A DNA stretch of 64,000 nucleotides from Thermodesulfobacteriota bacterium. GTDB lineage: Bacteria; Desulfobacterota; Desulfobacteria; Desulfobacterales; SURF-7. How positions within the stretch are numbered: the first letter of the stretch is position 1; each line of letters starts with the position of its first letter. The stretch spans positions 32,001-96,000 of the forward strand of contig JBMORA010000029.1 of assembly GCA_049320885.1 (NCBI GenBank), given 5' to 3'. The notes below the pieces were generated by a model. It did no database searches and was not told the origin of the DNA. It was given only the letters and a program-made list of their open reading frames with translations. Positions 60,617 to 64,000 of the stretch are shown here, piece by piece. The position numbers were made by a program, and so were the translations under genes.

Positions 60617-62854
60617 CTAGTATCTTTCGAATTCATCCTCCGTTTCCTCGGCTTCCTTGCAGCGATCCCGCATCTCCAGCATCACGCCCTTGGAAGCGGA
60701 AGAATGGCCCACGGCCGACGGTTTTTTCCCTGGCGCCGGACGTTTTTCCTTGCGAAAAATGGCAGCGGCCGCGATTGCCGGTTTGCCGGTCGCTGGTTGT
60801 ATGTCGATCGTAAAAAAGCTCATGGTCTGCTGCAACTGTTCCGCCTGGGCGGAAAGCTCCTCGGCGGTGGACGACATTTCTTCCGAAGCGCTGGCGTTTT
60901 GCTGGATCACTTGGTCCAATTGTTGCAGAGCTTGGTTGACCTGCTCCGCCCCGGTGCTCTGTTCGTTGGAGGCGGCGCTGATTTCCTGGACAAGATCCGC
61001 TGTTTTCCGGATATCCGGGACGATCTTGTCCAGCATCTCACCGGCCTTTTCGGCAATTTCGACGCTTTCAGCGGACAATTCGCGAATTTCACCCGCCGCT
61101 GACTGACTGCGCTCGGCCAGTTTCCGCACCGCATCCGCGACAACGGCGAATCCCTTGCCGTGTTCGCCGGCCCGGGCCGCCTCGATGGCGGCATTCAGGG
61201 CCAGCATGTTGGTCTGGCGGGCGATTTCTTCGATAATGGTGATTTTATCGGAAATTTCCCGCATGGCCGACACGGTCTTGGCCACGGCCTCGCCGCCTTG
61301 CTGGGCGTCCTCCGCGGCGCGAATGGCGATTTTTTCAGTCTGGAGCGCATTGTCCGCATTCTGCTTGATGCTGGACGACATCTCTTCCATGGAGGCGGAT
61401 GCCTCCTCCGCGGCAGACGCCTGTTCCGTGGCACCCTGGGACATCTGTTCGGCCGTGGCGCTCAGCTGGACACTGCCGGAAGCGACATAGTCGGAGGAGG
61501 TTTTGACATCCACGACGATATTTTTCAGCGATGACACCATGTTTTTCATGGCGGTCTGGAGTTGTCCGATCTCATCTTCGCTGCTGACGGTGATTTCCAG
61601 GTTCAGATCACCCTTGGCCAGCCGGTTGGCCGCGTCCACCCCCTGGGAAATGGGTTCTTCCACGAATTTCCGGCTCATATGCAGCACCCAGGTAAAGGCC
61701 GCGACAATAAAAATGACCATGATAATCCCCATGAACAGCAACTGATTCCGCAGATCTTTTTGAACCATCTCTTGTTTTAGTTGAATCTGGGTCTGGATGC
61801 CGTCCACATAGACTCCTGTTGCAATAATCCAGCCCCAGGGTTTGAACAGGCGCACACAGGACAATTTGGGTTCCGGTTTGTCCGAGCCGGTTTTCGGCCA
61901 CATGTAGCTGACAAATCCCTCGCCATTGCTTCTGGCGGTTTCAACCATTTCCTGAAACAGGAATTTCCCCTGGGGGTCCTTGGTATCGCGCATATTCTTG
62001 CCGACCAGTTCCCCATTGGGATGGGCCACCATGGTATGGTCCGTATCCAGGATGAAGAAATAATCCCCCTCGCCGTATTTCATGCTGGCGATGACATTCC
62101 GGAGTCTTTCCTGAGCCTGGCGCTCGGCCTGATGGACATAGACGCCGGTTCCCACGATCCATTTCCAGGGACGGAACAGGCGCACATAGGACAGCTTGCG
62201 CACCCATTTTTCCGTATCGTTGGGATCCGGCCAGAAATAACTGACAAATCCGTCTCCGGTGGCGGATGTCTTGCAAATTCGAGCCATTTCCTGAAACATG
62301 GGAGTCTGGGTTCCCTCCGCCAAGACCAGTTTCCCGTTTTTGGAAAAATCGGACAGGTCCTTGCCGTCCAGGTCCGGCACGATGGGATGCATCACCATGC
62401 GGGGCTTGGTGTCGTTGAGCCAGAAATAATCGTTGCTGCCGAAGCGGATGGCTTTGATATTCTGAATGGCATTGCGTCGGGCTTCCTCTGTCGCCTGCCC
62501 GGCGGTGCCCTGGGCCGAGATACTTTTTTTATGGGAGTCCTGAAGGAGGGAATAGGGAATATCCACGAGGGAACTCAGGTTTTCGCCGTATTGCTGGATC
62601 AACGCCTCGACCGTGGATGTCTGTTCATGGGCTTTTTCAACCACCGTGCAGGTGGCGTCGGTCAGGTCCTTCAGGCGTTGCCGCGTCTGCTTCATCAATT
62701 CCTGCTCGAAAGCGACAATATCGGCTTCCGCCTTGACGACGGTCTTGTACAGCGTGTATCCGCCGATCACGCCGACGGAAATCAAGATGGACGTCACCAC
62801 GATCACAATGATCTTCATCTTGATTTTCAGGTTCCTGAAGCTGAGCGTTGCCAT
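60617..62854 (-). CDS. Methyl-accepting chemotaxis protein with tandem Cache sensor domains
   Basis: Two YF(W/F)..M(V)xHP..W.W...(T)GVY Cache repeats, HAMP, MCP hairpin, C-terminal EFERY. Confidence 0.95.
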   Translation of the reverse strand: MATLSFRNLKIKMKIIVIVVTSILISVGVIGGYTLYKTVVKAEADIVAFEQELMKQTRQRLKDLTDATCTVVEKAHEQTSTVEALIQQYGENLSSLVDIPYSLLQDSHKKSISAQGTAGQATEEARRNAIQNIKAIRFGSNDYFWLNDTKPRMVMHPIVPDLDGKDLSDFSKNGKLVLAEGTQTPMFQEMARICKTSATGDGFVSYFWPDPNDTEKWVRKLSYVRLFRPWKWIVGTGVYVHQAERQAQERLRNVIASMKYGEGDYFFILDTDHTMVAHPNGELVGKNMRDTKDPQGKFLFQEMVETARSNGEGFVSYMWPKTGSDKPEPKLSCVRLFKPWGWIIATGVYVDGIQTQIQLKQEMVQKDLRNQLLFMGIIMVIFIVAAFTWVLHMSRKFVEEPISQGVDAANRLAKGDLNLEITVSSEDEIGQLQTAMKNMVSSLKNIVVDVKTSSDYVASGSVQLSATAEQMSQGATEQASAAEEASASMEEMSSSIKQNADNALQTEKIAIRAAEDAQQGGEAVAKTVSAMREISDKITIIEEIARQTNMLALNAAIEAARAGEHGKGFAVVADAVRKLAERSQSAAGEIRELSAESVEIAEKAGEMLDKIVPDIRKTADLVQEISAASNEQSTGAEQVNQALQQLDQVIQQNASASEEMSSTAEELSAQAEQLQQTMSFFTIDIQPATGKPAIAAAAIFRKEKRPAPGKKPSAVGHSSASKGVMLEMRDRCKEAEETEDEFERY

Positions 62855-62932
62855 GGAATTCCTCCTGCCCGTGTTGTTTAGGGTAATGTTTCACCGCGGT
62901 CCGCCGGACGATGATCCTCATCCGTCCCGGGG

Positions 62933-64000
62933 TCAGACAAGTTTGTTTTTCAAAGGAAGCCGGATGGAAAAAACGGTTCCCTTTCCGATTGGTGATCGCA
63001 CGGCGATGGTCCCGCCATAGGAATCGATCATCTCCTTGCAGGAGGCCAGGCCCAATCCGGTTCCGGTGGGCCGCCCGTCATCCGCGGAGAGCGGTTTGGT
63101 GGTATAAAAGGGATCGAAAATCCGGTCCAGCGCCTCTCCCGGAATACCGACACCGGTATCGCTGATATCGATATGGATTGATTGATCGTCGCTGTAGGTC
63201 CTGATGGTCAATTTTTTCTCACCCGTTTCAAACATGGCATCCACGGCATTCTGGATCAGGTTGGCCATGATCTGGCTGAAATGGGAATAAACGCCGGCGA
63301 ATAAGGGTACCGGTTGCAGTTGCAGGTCCAGACGAACCTGATGCTTGAAAAACGCATCCACCCCCATCAATTCCAACTGTTCCCTCAGCACTTTGTTCAT
63401 GTCCAGCAGGGTCATTTGCCGATGACTGTTGCTGTGACAGGTGACGAGAAACGTGGCGATCATTTCCTGAAGCCGGTGCGCCGCCTTCTGGAGGGAAGCG
63501 ATATGCTGGTTTTTCGGATCGTCGAGTTCGATCAGTTCGGCATATCCCATGATGGCCTGAAGCGGATTTTTCAGGTTATGAACGATACCCGCCGTATTTT
63601 TTCCAATGGCCGCCATCTGGGCCTGGTCCAGCAACTGCTCGGTTCGTTTCTTCACTTGTTCATTGAGGCCGGCGTTCATCTCCTCCAGCTTGTCTTCAAG
63701 GGATTTCAAGCGCATGAAGACCCTGACCTTGGCCAGTAACTCCTCCTGCTCAAAGGGTTTGCTGATATAATCGTCGGCGCCCGCTTCATATCCCTTCAGA
63801 CGTTCCTGCAAGCGGTTTTCGCTTGAAACCATGATGATTTTGACGAAACCGAGACTGCGATCCCGTCTGATTTTCCGGCAAACCGAATACCCATCCATCC
63901 CTGTCATGACCACATCCAGGAGCACCAAATCCGGTTTGTAATGCCGCATGACCCGGATGGCTTCTTCGCCGCTGTGCGCCACCTGAAGCCGGAAATGGCC
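62933..64000 (-). CDS. Hybrid receiver/histidine kinase, 5'-truncated
   Basis: LLDVVM..SKPF receiver, H-box VHNLKNPL, NLIQNA, DTGVG, GTGLGL; frame is open to the window edge. Confidence 0.9.
   Translation of the reverse strand, partial: GHFRLQVAHSGEEAIRVMRHYKPDLVLLDVVMTGMDGYSVCRKIRRDRSLGFVKIIMVSSENRLQERLKGYEAGADDYISKPFEQEELLAKVRVFMRLKSLEDKLEEMNAGLNEQVKKRTEQLLDQAQMAAIGKNTAGIVHNLKNPLQAIMGYAELIELDDPKNQHIASLQKAAHRLQEMIATFLVTCHSNSHRQMTLLDMNKVLREQLELMGVDAFFKHQVRLDLQLQPVPLFAGVYSHFSQIMANLIQNAVDAMFETGEKKLTIRTYSDDQSIHIDISDTGVGIPGEALDRIFDPFYTTKPLSADDGRPTGTGLGLASCKEMIDSYGGTIAVRSPIGKGTVFSIRLPLKNKLV

Noticed and set aside
56400..61240. Near-identical nucleotide stretches at about 56400-56520 and 61140-61240
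   Set aside because: These are the conserved signalling hairpins of two paralogous MCPs, not a mobile or repeat element.

Overview
Gene-dense chromosomal window, most likely from a Desulfobacterales-like deltaproteobacterium (inferred from gene content, not from a search). I see no rRNA, tRNA, CRISPR array, IS or prophage. About 54 CDS: exeAB-like pair, polar amino-acid ABC transporter, CoxD/CoxE-like AAA+/VWA pair, a DHH-like/CPBP fusion, a DUF6160 (FilA-like) protein, an SOS mutagenesis operon, REC-REC-HD-GYP, ispF-cysS-uvrB-uvrC, mdh, an MglA GTPase module, purC followed by ParB-like and SplB-like genes, an EF-G paralog, xseA-xseB-ispA-dxs-tlyA, yccA-like, glmU-like-glmM, pgi, cheY-cheC-diguanylate cyclase, cheX, a DUF1998 helicase-exonuclease fusion and a chemosensory cluster. 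Best candidates for undescribed systems: (1) a tightly coupled lexA-DUF72-imuB-dnaE2 operon, with DUF72 in the usual ImuA position and a periodic ATTTAC repeat over its promoter; (2) a ParB-like CTPase gene coupled to a spore-photoproduct-lyase-like radical SAM gene with an altered active site; (3) an MglA module with no adjacent MglB, flanked by cNMP-binding, PilZ and TPR-like genes. MshEN-like c-di-GMP motifs also appear in CheA and in a DUF4388 protein. All family calls come from motifs recognised by eye; no database search was run.
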